DNA of 63,775 nt, filler included, from Choristocarpus tenellus KU-1152 (Eukaryota > Protista > Phaeophyceae), in assembly GCA_964200185.2 (NCBI GenBank). It is 9 parts of 9 records of this genome, joined end to end, with 100 filler letters (N's around TTAATTAATTAA, not from the genome) between each part and the next. Parts side by side here need not be neighbours in the genome. Positions count along the whole stretch, not along the records: positions 7,014 to 24,408 come from CAXNAD020000678.1; positions 24,509 to 28,145 come from CAXNAD020018811.1; positions 28,246 to 31,838 come from CAXNAD020019063.1; 6 more parts are not named here. One strand, 5' to 3'. A program made the position numbers and the translations under genes. Below, piece after piece: positions 16,367-29,826 of the stretch. Below the pieces are notes generated by a model. That model saw only the letters and a list, made by a program, of their open reading frames with translations, was not told the origin of the DNA and ran no database searches. Numbering within the stretch: the first letter of the stretch is position 1; every line of letters begins with the position of its first letter.

Positions 16367-19300
16367 ATGATAAGTAAAATGGCTATGTCTACGCATGTCA
16401 GGACAGCTGCGGCTGTTGTAGTATTGGCAGGGTTTTTTGGCACTCAAATAGCGTCATCACCTGGGAAGGGGAAGGATGGGAAAACCAGAAATAGTGAGGG
16501 ATATACGCAAGACTCTCGAGAGTTGGTCAGAGGTTTAAAGAACTTGGGTAACACCTGTTTCCTCAACTCTGTGTTGCAGTCACTGGCGAGCTTGCCGACA
16601 TTTGTGGAGTATTTCGAAAAGGTGAGTTGGCGTGGTCATTGAATCTCCTACCGGAGACAAGGGAGGACGTGCCGCTTGTCTCCAATGATTTGGTTTTCTT
16701 AATGGACGCTGTTCATGGTCCATCCGACCAACATATTGAAAGGTTCAAATGTAGATTTGGGGATTACCAGTTTTGAGAGGAACAATTCTGGTACCTGTCA
16801 TGGTTTTCGTTATTGCAACACCGTCAGAAGCCAGTTGGATTATGAGTGGGCGGGACAATTGGTGACTGTTTCTGTGCTTTCATCGCACTGGCTGTGTTTA
16901 TTTTTTGTGTTTGTGCCCTGCCAACACCTTTCAGGGCATTGCAAGGACATGGTTGTTCGATAACGCTATTACCCCCATTTGGGCGAGCAAGATCCAGATT
17001 TGGTGATGACGGATGCTAACTTGGGGGGGTGGGGGTGTGGGTCGAAAAGAACGACAGCGATAGTTGAGAAGTTCATGTGAAGTTGTCTTTATAATCTTGA
17101 TGTCGTTTGAATGTTTTGAAAGGTGAAGGTTTCAGATAAATCCTCCCTATCCTTGCCACCTGTCCATGTGTGTCCAAACTGGATTGGGTTTGTCGATTCT
17201 GTAGCCTCCGCGAGAAAGAGTAATGATGACGGCAGAGCTCAACAAATGCTTGCTTAAGTTGAGGACTTTAGGAGATGCGAAAAGCTACAATCCCATTGTG
17301 CTCAGAAACATGTTGGCTGAGGAAGTTCCCATGTTCTCCGTCCCTGACCAACAGGTGAGGGTGGATGATACGGAATTATTTTATGTGTTAAGATAGTTGA
17401 GTGGATGTGTGTGTGTGTGCACGCGTGTGTTTCTTTGGGAGTTTCTATCTTTTCTAGTCTTTGTTAGGGCTGGGAAAGCTATGCTCTTGTGTGAGGAATG
17501 ATAACATAAATAATGTCTACTTCTGGTGAGACACTTGCTTCAGGGTCCTTGGTTCATGCCTTTGATGAACTTGACAAACTGTTTCCTACCCTTTTCTTAC
17601 GAAACTGTTTTTGTGGGTTTGGTGATGTTTTGTTTGGTACTTCATTTGGAGTTAGTTTTTCCTTTCCTCCCCTATCCACGCACTTATGTTTCCCATGTCC
17701 TCTCTTTGTTGTTTGGTGATCAGGATGCTGAGGAGTGTTTCCAGGAGCTCATGAGACTTTTCACAGAGGAAAGACCCTGCTGTGACAGTGTATGCACCCC
17801 TTGGTCTCCAGGTCTAGGGATGGGAAACAGAGTGGTGCGTTGATATATGATTCGTACATACCAGGCATTGGGCAATGTTATCTTCAGGACTCTTTCCTCC
17901 CCTCTCAAATGCCAAGGTGGTGTGTTTTAATTTTTATGTAGTACCTGTGTGCACTATAGTTAGAGCTACTTTCTTTTCTGATCTTTTATCTCTGGTCCAC
18001 ACTTGCACACCTACCCCTATCCCTTACGGGTCCACCATTCCCATCACAGCTCTTCATAAACAAACAACCATGATCTGGTCTGCAGGCCTCAGTACAGCAA
18101 TGTAAAACCATTGCTTCCTCAAGGCGCTGATAGATTTTGCAATGGTATGCCATCTTCTGTGTTGAGAGCTGTAGAATAATCAGAAAAATACACATATCTA
18201 CATTTGCTCTTCAGGTATGAATTGTTGTATGATTGAATGAGTGCCACTAACAAACTACTCCATCACCGAACTATTGCTTTCTTCTGTGTATCGCTCTAGA
18301 ATCCTCTTAGGGGGTCCATGGACAGCCTGCTGCAGTGCTCTAGGTGTGGTGACATGCGCAAGAAAACAACATTTTTTGTTGACCTCTCTCTCACACTGCC
18401 ACAGGCAAAGCTGAACACTCTTGAGGTGAGCCTGTAGGAGAAAGGAAATTTGGGGCAGCGGGAGCTGGGTGTCAGATTGTCATGTGTTCCACACAAGGGG
18501 GAGAAGCTTGGAAGTGAATCTTTTCCCCCTGTACTTGAAGGAAGAGTTCCCTTATTGTGGTGGGGGAGGGGGTTGTTATTGTTGTAGAAAGGTAGATGAA
18601 AAAGTAATTTTTTGTGAAAATATGTGGTTGAGAGAGGAAATTTCTTCAATCTATATCCATAGAGATCAACGCGTTTGGGGCAATGTTGATGTGCATTGTT
18701 CTATATGAGTTGTGACTGTGACACCCACCAGGGGGTGTACACAACTGAGAATCACACCAGTAGAGAATCTACCAGTAACTTTCCCCAAACCAATGTGTAT
18801 GTGGGGGCACATGTGATAAGTGATACGATAGTACATGGTGTGGGGAGTTGATGGGGTGGGTGAGAGAACCATAGAATCTTGGTTGATTTTAGTCTCCTCA
18901 TATGTATTGTGCAGAGTTTTGGGGAGCGTATTGGTCAGAATGAGTATTGGTCAGAATGAGGGGGATTTCATTCGGTGAATTGGTCTTACACCACCAGTTG
19001 TTCAGTGACAAAGCCTACCTGATCAGCACACCTTCCTCAAGCAAGGTTCCTTCCACACACTGAGCCTAGACATAGACAGTTTCTTATTCAAGGCATTCAC
19101 CATTTCTGCAACCCCTCAACCTCCCTGCTCCCCACATTTTTCAGCCGTGGTTGATGGGCAATTCCTTAGATGGCAGCTCCTTAGGGACGCTCGGGAGCAG
19201 ATTGTGGCAGTCACAGCTTGGGCTGGGCGATGTTAGAGTTGAAGATTGTCTGCAAGACTTCACCAGGCAGCAGAGAGTTGAAGGCGTTGAGTGTATACGG

Positions 19301-21831
19301 TCAGTAGGGGACAGGGAGCAGGGGATTCTTGCTGCAATGATATGATTGTGAACAAACACCTGGGGAGAATTTGACCCTTTGGTATTGATGTTTTTACTGT
19401 AATGTTATACACTCTACTCGCATTTTTTTTTTTTTGGGTTGCAACAACCAGTTGCCATGTTATAGGTCAGATGAGCTGCATGGACAAGAATAGCTTCATT
19501 TTCCTTCAATAATACTGGTAGCATATATCCTCTGCATCTATTTCCTACACTTCAGTGGAATATTAGTTGTAAACTGAAATGATGAGAACTGGTTATTATT
19601 GGAGATGTTACTCCATGCTTGTTTCCCTGTTGTACTTCTCCCAACTCTAGCACTTAGCCTGTGGTCTGATTGGGCCATGACAAAACAAGTGGGATACAAC
19701 GATTGAGCCTTCTGTTTGCAGGCTATTTCACAGTTTTGGCTGAGTATATCTTGGGTGGGTGGGGGGGGTCTACACCAGGGTGTCCTTTCGGGCCCTGAGC
19801 AGGAGAAGTCCACTTACATTATCCATCCAACACATGCAAGCAAATCACCCAGAAATTGTGACATGGAAAAATGGGTCCCAAATGGACAGCCGCCGCCCTC
19901 CCTCCAGATACTTTGAGCCTTCACATCTTGCAATTGTGCATAAATCTCTTACTATGTATCTATTCATGGTTCCCCTCCCTCACCCCCCCTTCCCACCTGA
20001 CAGCTGCACTTTAAACAAGCTGGATGCAGATATCGAGAGAGTGAGTGAAGCCCTGCAGGGCACGGATGTCCATGCATATAATGGAGTTGAGAAGGTGGCA
20101 GAACTATCTGGAGAAAAGAGGAATTTGATTTCCAGACTTGAACGTCTGAAAAAGGCTGCCCAGCAAGAGGAGCTGTCTGAATCACCTGGGGGGGTGGGAG
20201 ATGTTCCACCTGAGAGAGTTGCAGCATACAAACAACTCCTCCTGTCGCGGCTACCTGGAGCGCTTTGCCTGCACTTCCATCGACGCCATCCAAGGTGAAA
20301 TATTTTGTGAGATGGGTGCCATATCTGTGCATCCATGGATTGGAATGGGATGCAATATTTGAGGGGGTTCCCCAACTAAGTAAATGTGACAGGTGGTTTG
20401 ATAGTGTGCAGTTCGTCGGCGGTCTTGAGTATGTCTTTGTTCTAACATGTCCTGTGCATCAAGTAGAAGGTGTAGGGGGAAAGGACCATGGAAAAGAAAA
20501 TATATGTATAGACAGATGGTATTTGCAGATCAATCAAATTGCATGCGTGTTGCGTAGCATCATGCCAGCCCACATTTATATTTGTATGTAGGATATAGGA
20601 CATGTTTTGGCAATCGGGCGGGGGTAGTGGGAAGAATCCTTGACGTTAATTTAATGGCACCTGCACCCTCTCTCCCCAACACTTACTTGACTTACTTAAC
20701 ACACCTACCAAACCTATCAAACCTAACAGTGCACGTACAGGAAGAATGATCAAGCTCTGCCAGAAGGTGCGGTTTGGGGTGCAGCTGAATATGGAGCCAT
20801 ACTGTACGGACTCCCTTAAAAGATCCTACAATAGCCTTGATGCAGTCAATGACAGGAGTTCTACCAAGCCACTGACAGAGGAAAAAGAGGAGATGAGAGC
20901 GTTGATTACTACCAGCGACATTAGTGAGGTTGTAGACAAGTCTGACATTGGTTCTGACTCTGCTGAGGGTGCAGCAGGGGGAGGGATTGAAAGTGGTGGC
21001 TCACCCGTAAGAACATCCAGTTTTGATTGGTTCAGTGAACATGTTCCAGATGTAAGTGGGATTGGAGTGGAGGGTTACGCAAGTGGTGGTGAGAGCGTAC
21101 CTGCTCAAAATGTCAATGAAGTGGAGTGCAAAATAGTTGAAGGTGATCTCTCTTGGCGGGATAGCTATTCTATTTTGAGTGGGCACGAGGCAGTCAATAT
21201 GAACAATAAGATTGTTGATAAGTGTGCTGAAGTGGACGGAGAGGAAGGGACCAATGTGGGCAATGAGACTGCTGTTAAGTGCACTGGAGTGGATAGTGAG
21301 GAAGGGGCTGATACGGGTACTGAGAGTGATAAGTGCACTGAGGTGGACATCTATGGGAGTCAAGTTGAATGGGATCAATCTCCTGGGGATTACGATTCCC
21401 ATGGAAACGAGGAGAAGGGACCCATCATGACTGATTCATGGGATGAGTGTAATGACAGCAGTGTATCATCGTTTGCAACCAATCGGTTACCTGGTGGAAG
21501 AGCTGGGGAAGAGGATCAGTCAAGACATCAAAATTGGCCCATATCCCCGGGTGGAAATCCACAGTACAATGAGCATCCCACGGCAGTGCCATCCCCTGGA
21601 AGGGTGAGTGGCGGGACATACAATCTGTGTGCTGTGATTGTGCACCACGGATCTGCAAATGGAGGGCACTATGCTGCATTCCGCCGGTTGGACAAAGTAG
21701 GTGAACAAAGCAATTCCTCTCAAGGTCACCGTTGGGTGAGTGTTTCTGATGAGGATGTACGTCTCGTCAAGGAGAAGGATGTGTTGAGCAGCGAGGCATA
21801 CATGCTGTTCTACACCAAGGCCATGGCATGA
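16367..21831 (+). CDS. Ubiquitin C-terminal hydrolase (USP/C19), USP30/UBP27-like with N-terminal membrane anchor (about 7 exons)
   Basis: Cys box GLKNLGNTCFLNSVLQ, QQDAEECFQ, CSRC...FVDLSL, EDCLQDF...VEGVEC, LPGALCLHFHR, His box VIVHHGSANGGHYAAFR, WVSVSDEDV, EAYMLFY. The N-terminal hydrophobic segment AAAVVVLAGFFG precedes the Cys box. Confidence 0.93.
19738..19919 (+). mobile_element. MITE family B (~180 bp), in USP intron
   Basis: Ends GGCTGAGTATATCTTGGG ... CCAGATACTTTGAGCC. Internal sequence is homologous to copies at 25514, 29541, 44130 and 58899. Confidence 0.82.
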
Positions 21832-24233
21832 CACAGAGATGCCATTATTTGTCGTTTCTTCTTATACAGTAGGTGCTTGTTCTTCACAAGTGCACACGTT
21901 TGTCTCGTTAGAAAGAGCTGGATTTTGCCCACTCACTGTTAGGTGGCTATTGCTCTCATTTTTTTTTCTTCTGTAAATTGTGCTGTCCCAGTCGCTTTAT
22001 ATAAATAGTCCCTTGATTTGTTGAAAATGGCACATGGCTTAAATGTGTCTTGTTGACTTATCAAACAAATGCTAGGAAGATCACCTGTAATGAAGTATCC
22101 CTATGTGTGAGCCTCTCATTCTAGAACAATTCTAAAATGCATACAAATGCATCAACAAATTTATCCTCTGTTGGGGTTCTGGCTGAACAACATTGCCCAG
22201 CCCAATTGCCTTGAAGATACGAGTGGCCACTTATGTGGGCGCACATTTACATTTCACACTTCGCCTCCTCAAGGATCATGTCTCAAAAACAAAAAAAATC
22301 AAATACACTGTTCTTTTCAATGGTAGTGACTAACCACTTCTCAAATGAAAGGAAGTGACCCTCCTTAACATATATATCCAAACCTCTTAAATTGAATGTT
22401 TATAATTGTGTTAAGAACTGGAAGTAATTTCCTCTTATGATGAAATCGGCTGGAGAAAAACTTTATCAACCTATTTGACCAGTAGTTGCATGAGGCAACG
22501 CGCGCGAAATGCTTTCCGAGTGGCGCTTGAGTAGAAGGCAAAATTTTCGAAGTGTTCATTGATCTCACCACGCAGATCCAATGCTATCTATAGTGAAATG
22601 AATTTGTCGTGAGCTGTGGGTAGTGACACCTTTTGATAAATATATGTTCTGTGAACTCCTTGTCAGATTCATTGGTCAAACCTCCGGTGGTGATGTGATT
22701 TAAAAAAAACATAGTATCCTTTTATGTCAAGTTATTCAGCTGTTCTGATCAAACTGAATCTGATTGAAATGTCACAATTCACTAGTTTATACTTAATGTA
22801 AGACACTACAGTCAGAAACTACTTGGTGCATCTATCAATATACTTGAATCAGATGACCCCTCACCCCACTTTGTTGGTTGAGTACCTCATACGGAGATAT
22901 GTCCTATCTTGCTAGTGTGTCCAACAAAACCTTGCCATCACCAGGACACTCAAAAGGACAGATTCATGCACAGAAATGTATTGGTAGACCGATATTGGCA
23001 ACGAGATGAGAGGAAGCACATGCTTTGCTAATATGGATCATCTCAACTATCCTGAACCTCACGACATGGATAGTGTGTAAGCATCCTTCACATGGAGAAG
23101 CACACCCAGTATCCCAGCCCAGCTACCATGCCTGTATTATCACATACACCTCCTTCCCTACATCTCACCTCCATACTGCGTTCAAAACCACCAAAGTGGT
23201 GTAAAAAAAGAGGCCCCACGAAGGTGAGCTGGGTAGCTCTATGCCTCACCCATCACACACCCTCCTCACAGTTCATACCAAAAATGGCATCCTTGACTTG
23301 CTTCACCTCATGTCACTCCAGCCAGGGCTGTCTAAGAGGATATTACTGTGGAAATGGACAAGAGTGGGCTTTCGGCAGGCCCCTGACCAACTTCTCTACC
23401 TCCAACATCCAACATCCAACAACTAAACACATACTCAGGACATGTCTTGGGGTCACAGAAGGTCTAACGCCATTTTCTTGCTGTGCGTCATGTACCTCAA
23501 ACCATACACGTCTTATCTCATCACTCCTCCTACTCACGTTACATTGTCACTGAGATCATGTCCCCCACGTACCATTACCCTCAAAAACAAGACATTTTAG
23601 CTGCAAAAAAAAAGTGGTTACTATAAAAAAAAAGCAACATGCTAGAACCAAATAGGCACCGTGGAAAACATCGTTTGGCATCAACAAAGTCAGACACACA
23701 CCATCCGAACCTTGCCCCCCCCCCACACCTTGGAACTCCCTTGCCAACTCCATTCCTTCTTCAACCACCCCTCGGCCCTCCATCCCCGGCTCCACACTGC
23801 CCCTCTCACAATTAAAACAGGTCATATATGAACTCGAGTCTTGCCGGGTCTCTTAACAACGATCATCCCCCTTTCACCCTCAGGTTGCAGCAGGAGTGAA
23901 GCACGCACACAGGCCCCAGCAGGAGGCATCCTTACTCCACTCCGTACTGCCTGCTTGCCCATTGCCAGTGACATTTCCTGAGCTGGTCACCCCCCTCATC
24001 ATCGACGCAGTTGGCTCCTCAGCCGCCTATTAGGGTTGCGGTTTTCGCAAAAGGTTGGGCATTACTCTGGAGTCGATTCAATTGGTCTATCACTACATGA
24101 GCATGCCACAAGCAACTGCTACCAACAACAGGGTACCAGCAAAGATAGAGCCGGTTCACAAGCAAATGCTTTTTCGTCTCTTGCTGTTTCTAATTGGACG
24201 AGAGGCTTAAAACAAGTATTTGTTGTGGATGAT

Positions 24234-24408
24234 GAGTCGAAGCATCTGGGGGGGGGGAGGTGGTTTGTGAGGTGGCGTCCGTTTCGGTCAAACAACTCTT
24301 TTTTTTTTTGCTGACATTTCAAATCGGACACGTGCGACCAAATCACACCAAAAAAGTGAAAATCGAAAAAAGGGTGAAAAACGGACGCCGACACCCCCCC
24401 CCCCCCCC
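24234..24408 (+). mobile_element. MITE family C (nearly complete; right end lost at contig break)
   Basis: GAGTCGAAGCATCT-polyG...GCGTCCGTTTCGG...CCAAATCACACCAAAA...AAACGGACGC-polyC. Confidence 0.78.
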
Positions 24409-24539
24409 NNNNNNNNNNNNNNNNNNNNNNNNNNNNNNNNNNNNNNNNNNNNTTAATTAATTAANNNNNNNNNNNNNNNNNNNNNNNNNNNNNNNNNNNN
24501 NNNNNNNNGTGTGGGGTTGACTGGGGTTAAATAGTGTTG

Positions 24540-24920
24540 AAAGGGGTGGTAGAGACCGGAAATCAGTACGAAAGGAGTCGCACTGGTTGGTCATCGGATA
24601 GGGGGGGGTGACTGGAAAATCAGTGGTGAACGGGTCGCACTGGCTGGTCATCAGACGTGAGGGGTGATGAAAAATTAGTGGCGAAGGGGGTTCACCCTGG
24701 TTGGACATCAGATGTAGGGGGTGACTGGAAATCAGTGGCGAAAGGGGTTTGCCCTCGTTGGTCATTAGAGTTGCGGTGGCTGGAAATCAGTGGTGAAGGG
24801 TTCGCACTGGTTGGTCACAAGGGTTGTTAGAATGTGGGGAGAAAAGGAATAGGGAGGAATGCAAACATAGAATAAAAATATTAATATAATCCAGAATTCG
24901 TGAGCAAAATAAAAGGTTGC
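24540..24920 (-). repeat. Dispersed repeat with ~60-bp tandem subunits (GACTGGAAATCAGTGGCGAAGGGGTCGCACTGGTTGGTCATC); inverted homolog at ~44940-45200
   Basis: 4-5 tandem units at 24550-24820 followed by ATCCAGAATTCGTGAGCAAAA. The reverse complement (TTTTGCTCACGAATTCTGGAT, then CGCCACTGATTTCCAGTCACC units) lies in contig 7. Confidence 0.75.
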
Positions 24921-25513
24921 TTTTTTGGGGGTTTCTGACGTTGATGAGGATAATACGCACAAACATATACATTTGCGCGCATCACCTTTTGCGATTTTGG
25001 TCAGGGCAAGTGATGTGTTGTGGGTCAGACGCACGACTGGTACGCGGTAACCCTGACATGAACAGTGGATTCAAAAAAGTAAAGCCGAGATTGTGTTTTC
25101 TGTTCTGACTGGTCACAACCAATCACATTGAAGATTGATCCACACAGTACTCTAAGGCTGTCAACATACACCCAACATGCCTCAGTCTCATCTTTCCCTT
25201 CCTTTCTGAACCTCACCTCTGGTGGTTCTCATCGCCCCCCATCACACAGAACCAGGCCCCATTACATCATGTCTTGATAAATATTTTTTCTTGACTGCTA
25301 TTACCTCCTCATAAAGATGTAATATAATCAGAGTTAAAAACATCCTTCGAAACCCTTCTCAACCAAGGTGACAACAGTTTATAGAGCATGCATTTCTTCA
25401 TTTAAGCGTCTCAATGAATTACCACAGTTTCACATTAACCACCATCTGATTGAGCAGAACATGTCGTCAGATCTACCAGAACAAACTCACCAGTGCTTTG
25501 TTGCACTATGACA

Positions 25514-25691
25514 GGCTTAAAGTATCTGGATGAGGTGGCGGCTGTCCATTTGGAACCCATTTTTCCAAGTCGCCATTTTTGGGTTGGGTGATTTTGTTGC
25601 ATGTGTCGGATGGATAATGGAGGTGCACTTTTCCTGGTCAGGGCCAAAATGGACACCCTGGTGTAGATCCCCCCACCAGATACTTTTCGCC
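25514..25691 (-). mobile_element. MITE family B, reverse orientation
   Basis: TIRs GGCTTAAAGTATCTGG ... CCAGATACTTTTCGCC, flanked by ACA/ACA. Confidence 0.85.
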
Positions 25692-28079
25692 ACAACCTTC
25701 GCCACAAGCTAGCAGCCACAGCACAACCAAGCACGACACATACGAACTCAGGTTTCAACAATTCCTGGACAGGTTTTTGTTGACGGTCAGGGTGATGTGA
25801 CGTCCCCAAATGTTGGATCCGAGATTCATATCAGATTTATCCCAGAAGAGGAATAATGACTGGTTCTTGTGATAGTCTTAGGGTTTGCTGAAAGTCCCCT
25901 TGTCCCTCGTGATTCCTCATTATCCCTTAATGCTGATTGGACCCTGTCTTGTTTAGTGGTACCCACACAGACACAGTCTAAGGGAGGTTCGCGAGAGGAG
26001 AGGTCCTTACCATGGACACCCCACCAAAGTGGTCTGCAAAAGACAAGGAAAAAGGAGAAGTCTGCGGATGATGTGGAGGGAACACTCAGCCTTGTCCAGA
26101 GATTAAAACTTCACACACACCAAACCCAACTTCGTCCTCTGTGGCAATCTTAATTTTTTTTCACTGTATTGCCACAAGAATTATACAATAATGTATCAAA
26201 TAAAAGCTTAGGATAAGAGCATTGGAAAGATTTGTATGCACGAATGTACTAACTTTGATGAACAGGAGCAATGCCCCGATCAAAAGATGGCAAAAAACGA
26301 GGGGAACATCTCCAGTGCAATTTTGAAGGTCACGACTTCAAAAGGTACAAAAAAGAAGTGGTTGACAGAACTCCTTGCAAAACACTGATCCGGGGTAGGT
26401 CGCTGCCCAAGTTTGTTCAGTGTGGCAATACCGAAAAAAGAAGAAGCAAGATTTCCGGACATCTTTTTGACGCCTTTTGCAGACTTTCTGTGAGCACACA
26501 CACCCGGGACTTACATAGCAACATAAACCACAACGGTGAGACAAGAAGAGCCGCCGAGGCCACTCTGCCCCCCTGTATCTACCCTTTGGCACCTTCTCTG
26601 TGGAGAGGCGACGGAAAAGCAAGTATCATGTGACACTCAGTGCGATGTTAGGTAACGAGAAAGTGCGAGTAGTGTGGAGCAGCAGCATAATCAAATCGCG
26701 AAATGGATCACAGGACCGTGACGCTGACGCTGAGAGAAGATGCATTGAAAGTATTACCACAAAAACGTGGTTGGATCTTCAACCACATCGGAGCACTGCT
26801 CTGTATTCTCTGCCACCTCAGGAAAGCAGGACGAGAGTGGCGAGTTCATCACCAGGTGGTACAATAACTAAGTCTGTGGGAAAGCCTGGTCATGGCAGGT
26901 GAAGGGAGAAACCGGGGTGGCCACCCGAAGAGAAGATTGGGGAAGAGAGCAGTGCGACTGTGTGCCATTGCACTCAAGGAAATGCCAAAGTGAAGACCCG
27001 GTTGTAGAATATCTTAGGGTGGAAGTCTCGGTAGGACCTCCATGTTACAGCACGCCCCAGAACTTACCTCAACAGGATGTATAGCTCCAATCTACAGGCC
27101 TATAGATGATACTGATGCACATATAGGACTCCTGATGCACAAGTCGTCAAGTATGCTGGATCTCTCACTTGGATTACCATCAATGTAATCATATAAAAAG
27201 GGAACTGGTCAACGACGTCTTATCACAATCGGGGACCATAATAACTAAAAATAAATAGTCAAGAAGTACAAATATATCAAATCTAGGACTTCAAGGTCAT
27301 AATGGTATTTATGAAACCGCCATCAAGACATATCGCCTGTAACAGGAGTATTACTCTTAATGTTGCAGCTGGATCCCGCTGCGCAGGGCATCGTTTAAAG
27401 GTTTTGGGATTGGAGCTATATATCCTGTGGAGGTTATTTTCTGGAGCGTATTGTAACGGAGTATACTGTACGTACTGTACTGTACAGTACTGAGAGACAA
27501 GAGACTGCTATATGCTTTGTACTGCTGGTCTCGAGCAGGTTTGTGCATTACTTTGTTATATTTTAACTAACTCTAGACATGGCTTTTTGGGAAACCCCTC
27601 GATCAAGTAGTGAAAAAAATGAGCGTTTGCTCGATGTAAGAGAGAATTCGTAGGAAAACGCCGAAATCTCTCTTATAACCTGAGTCGTGACAAGGCCATT
27701 TACCCTCCCTTATATTCCGTTTTCTCTTATATAGGTACACCGACTGTATATATTCTTCTGTACCGTACCTTTACAACCTATAAAAATCCGAGACCTACCA
27801 GGACTTTCAAGAAGGCCCTCTGATATTTATGTGCACTCCAACATGTACCTGAGTACGCCATGATCCTACAAGATGTACCTCAGTGCTCATGACCACAGTG
27901 GTTGCTGGGGAAGAAAAGGAGCGCTACTGGGCAGGACAAGACCAAGGCTGAATCTTTGCACAATACTGTGTGGACGGGGTGTACCCAGCCAGTGGCAACC
28001 ATGAGTGGTACACCCAACTTCTGGCCGCTACTGAGGACTCTATAAGCACCAATGCTCAAGGAAAGTGTGGGGTTGATGA

Positions 28080-28145
28080 GGGTCAAAGTATCTGGGAGGG
28101 GGGGGTGGTTTGTGAGGGGGCGTCCGTTTCGGTCAAGCAACTTTT
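28080..28145 (+). mobile_element. MITE family C, left end (truncated)
   Basis: GGGTCAAAGTATCTGGGAGGGGGGGTGGTTTGTGAGGGGGCGTCCGTTTCGGTCAA. Confidence 0.78.
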
Positions 28146-28245
28146 NNNNNNNNNNNNNNNNNNNNNNNNNNNNNNNNNNNNNNNNNNNNTTAATTAATTA
28201 ANNNNNNNNNNNNNNNNNNNNNNNNNNNNNNNNNNNNNNNNNNNN

Positions 28246-28400
28246 CAAGAAACAATCCTCACACTCTACCTCTGTTACAAATGTTCGTATTTGCTGAAAC
28301 ATTACAAGAAAATGCTCGCGCTATTCGCGTGTAATAAACGCTTGCACTTCGTTGAAATACAAGAAGAAAAGCTCACGCTATTCGCCTGTAACACAAGCAC
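28246..28400. repeat. Degenerate ~57-bp tandem repeat (3 units)
   Basis: Recurring CAAGAA..A.GCTC.CGCTATTCGC.TGTAA. Confidence 0.55.
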
Positions 28401-29540
28401 TAAGAACTACCACAGTAGAGCGATGAGGGAGAGGATGAACTCTTGTGGAGTACAGAGTCAAAGTAAAGGAGAGGTACCCAGAATTACATATTTGAGCGTC
28501 CTGAAAAATGTGTGCAAAATTGCCTTTTTTTCAGGATATTTTCTGAATTGTCTCGGAAATTTTTCGAACAACAGAGAAACAAATGGTCTCAAGTCAAACT
28601 AATAACTTCATCCATTATTGAAACGTAGGTTAATCGCAAAAGATCGAAAAACTGTCTTAAAATGCAAAACGGCTGAAACCTGGGTACCTCTCATTTACTC
28701 TGACTCACAACTATAAGGTGGTGTAAAATAAGTGAAAAATTACACAGTCCACCATTGTGGCGATTAGCACCAGATAGCCATGGCCATAGTTGTTGCGACT
28801 TGTTGTCCCAGTCCGTGGTTGTGACAATCCAAGGCATACATGGGATGCTTTTGACCTTTTGTTTGGCATTGGTGCGAAAGTATGAATCAATTGTCTCGTG
28901 ATACGAACCAAAATGGCAGTGTTGCTCAGTACCCTCACGTCTATTGTGCTGCGACCCCCAAGGTATTGCTTGACAAAAGGGAGGTATTATGGGGGAATTA
29001 GTATTAATTGTTTGAAATGGAAGCAGTTTTGTCATAGAGAAAAAGGGAAATATTCGGAAAAGAGGCAAGGGCTCACTCTCAAGCTAAAAGCTATGATAAT
29101 GATGACCAGAGTCACGTGCAAAAGTGTTATGGGTCCCCAGTATTCCCCTGAGTGGTTAAATGCAACCGACAAGATGGGCACTCAGGTAACTAGGATATTC
29201 TGCAGTACGTGAGAGTTCCACAGAATGGCATCAAATGGTAAGGCACGGAAGTGTGGTTAAAATGTAAAGTGCTAAAATCAGAAACCAGACTATCCGTGAA
29301 GGACTGGGGTGGTATCAAACACGTGCTACTCTCTTATTATTATTATTTCACCTTTCTAATAAACATGGTGTACGGTGTCACGATAATAGTTCACAACTAG
29401 CAACATGGATCCTTCCTAATATTGGAACCATTCTTATGAGCTGCAGCAAACTATTGCCTCATCATGATGCCATCGAAGGTTCTGTTCAATGCAATGGATG
29501 TCTGGATAATGTGCAAAGAACTACGATCTTATCTTAAACT

Positions 29541-29686
29541 GTCCCAAAGTATCTGGGGGGGGGTCTTCACCAGGGTGTCCATTTGGGTCATAACCTGGAA
29601 AAGTGCACTTACATTATCCATCCAACGTATAAAACCAAATCACCCAAAAACCGCGACATAAAAAATTGTCCCCAAATGGACAGCCA

Positions 29687-29717
<31 letters not shown>

Positions 29718-29781
29718 CTACCCCCACANNNNNNNNNNACCCAACACAACCCAAACCCCCCACAAAAAAAAATCCCCCACC

Positions 29782-29812
<31 letters not shown>

Positions 29813-29826
29813 AGATACTTTGAGCC
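29541..29826 (+). mobile_element. MITE family B (poly-C region poorly assembled, 10-N gap)
   Basis: GTCCCAAAGTATCTGGGG ... CCAGATACTTTGAGCC, flanked by ACT/ACT. Confidence 0.82.

Noticed and set aside
19759-20002. ORF suggesting MITE exonisation into the USP
   Set aside because: A good pyrimidine-rich CAG acceptor at ~20002 and a donor at ~19301 place the MITE inside an intron; the open frame is incidental.
22950-24150. Coding-like stretch, possibly a retroelement remnant
   Set aside because: No recognisable motif could be supported by eye.
25800-27100. Cluster of short + strand ORFs (possible gag/integrase or viral remnant)
   Set aside because: Fragmented, with no diagnostic motif identified.
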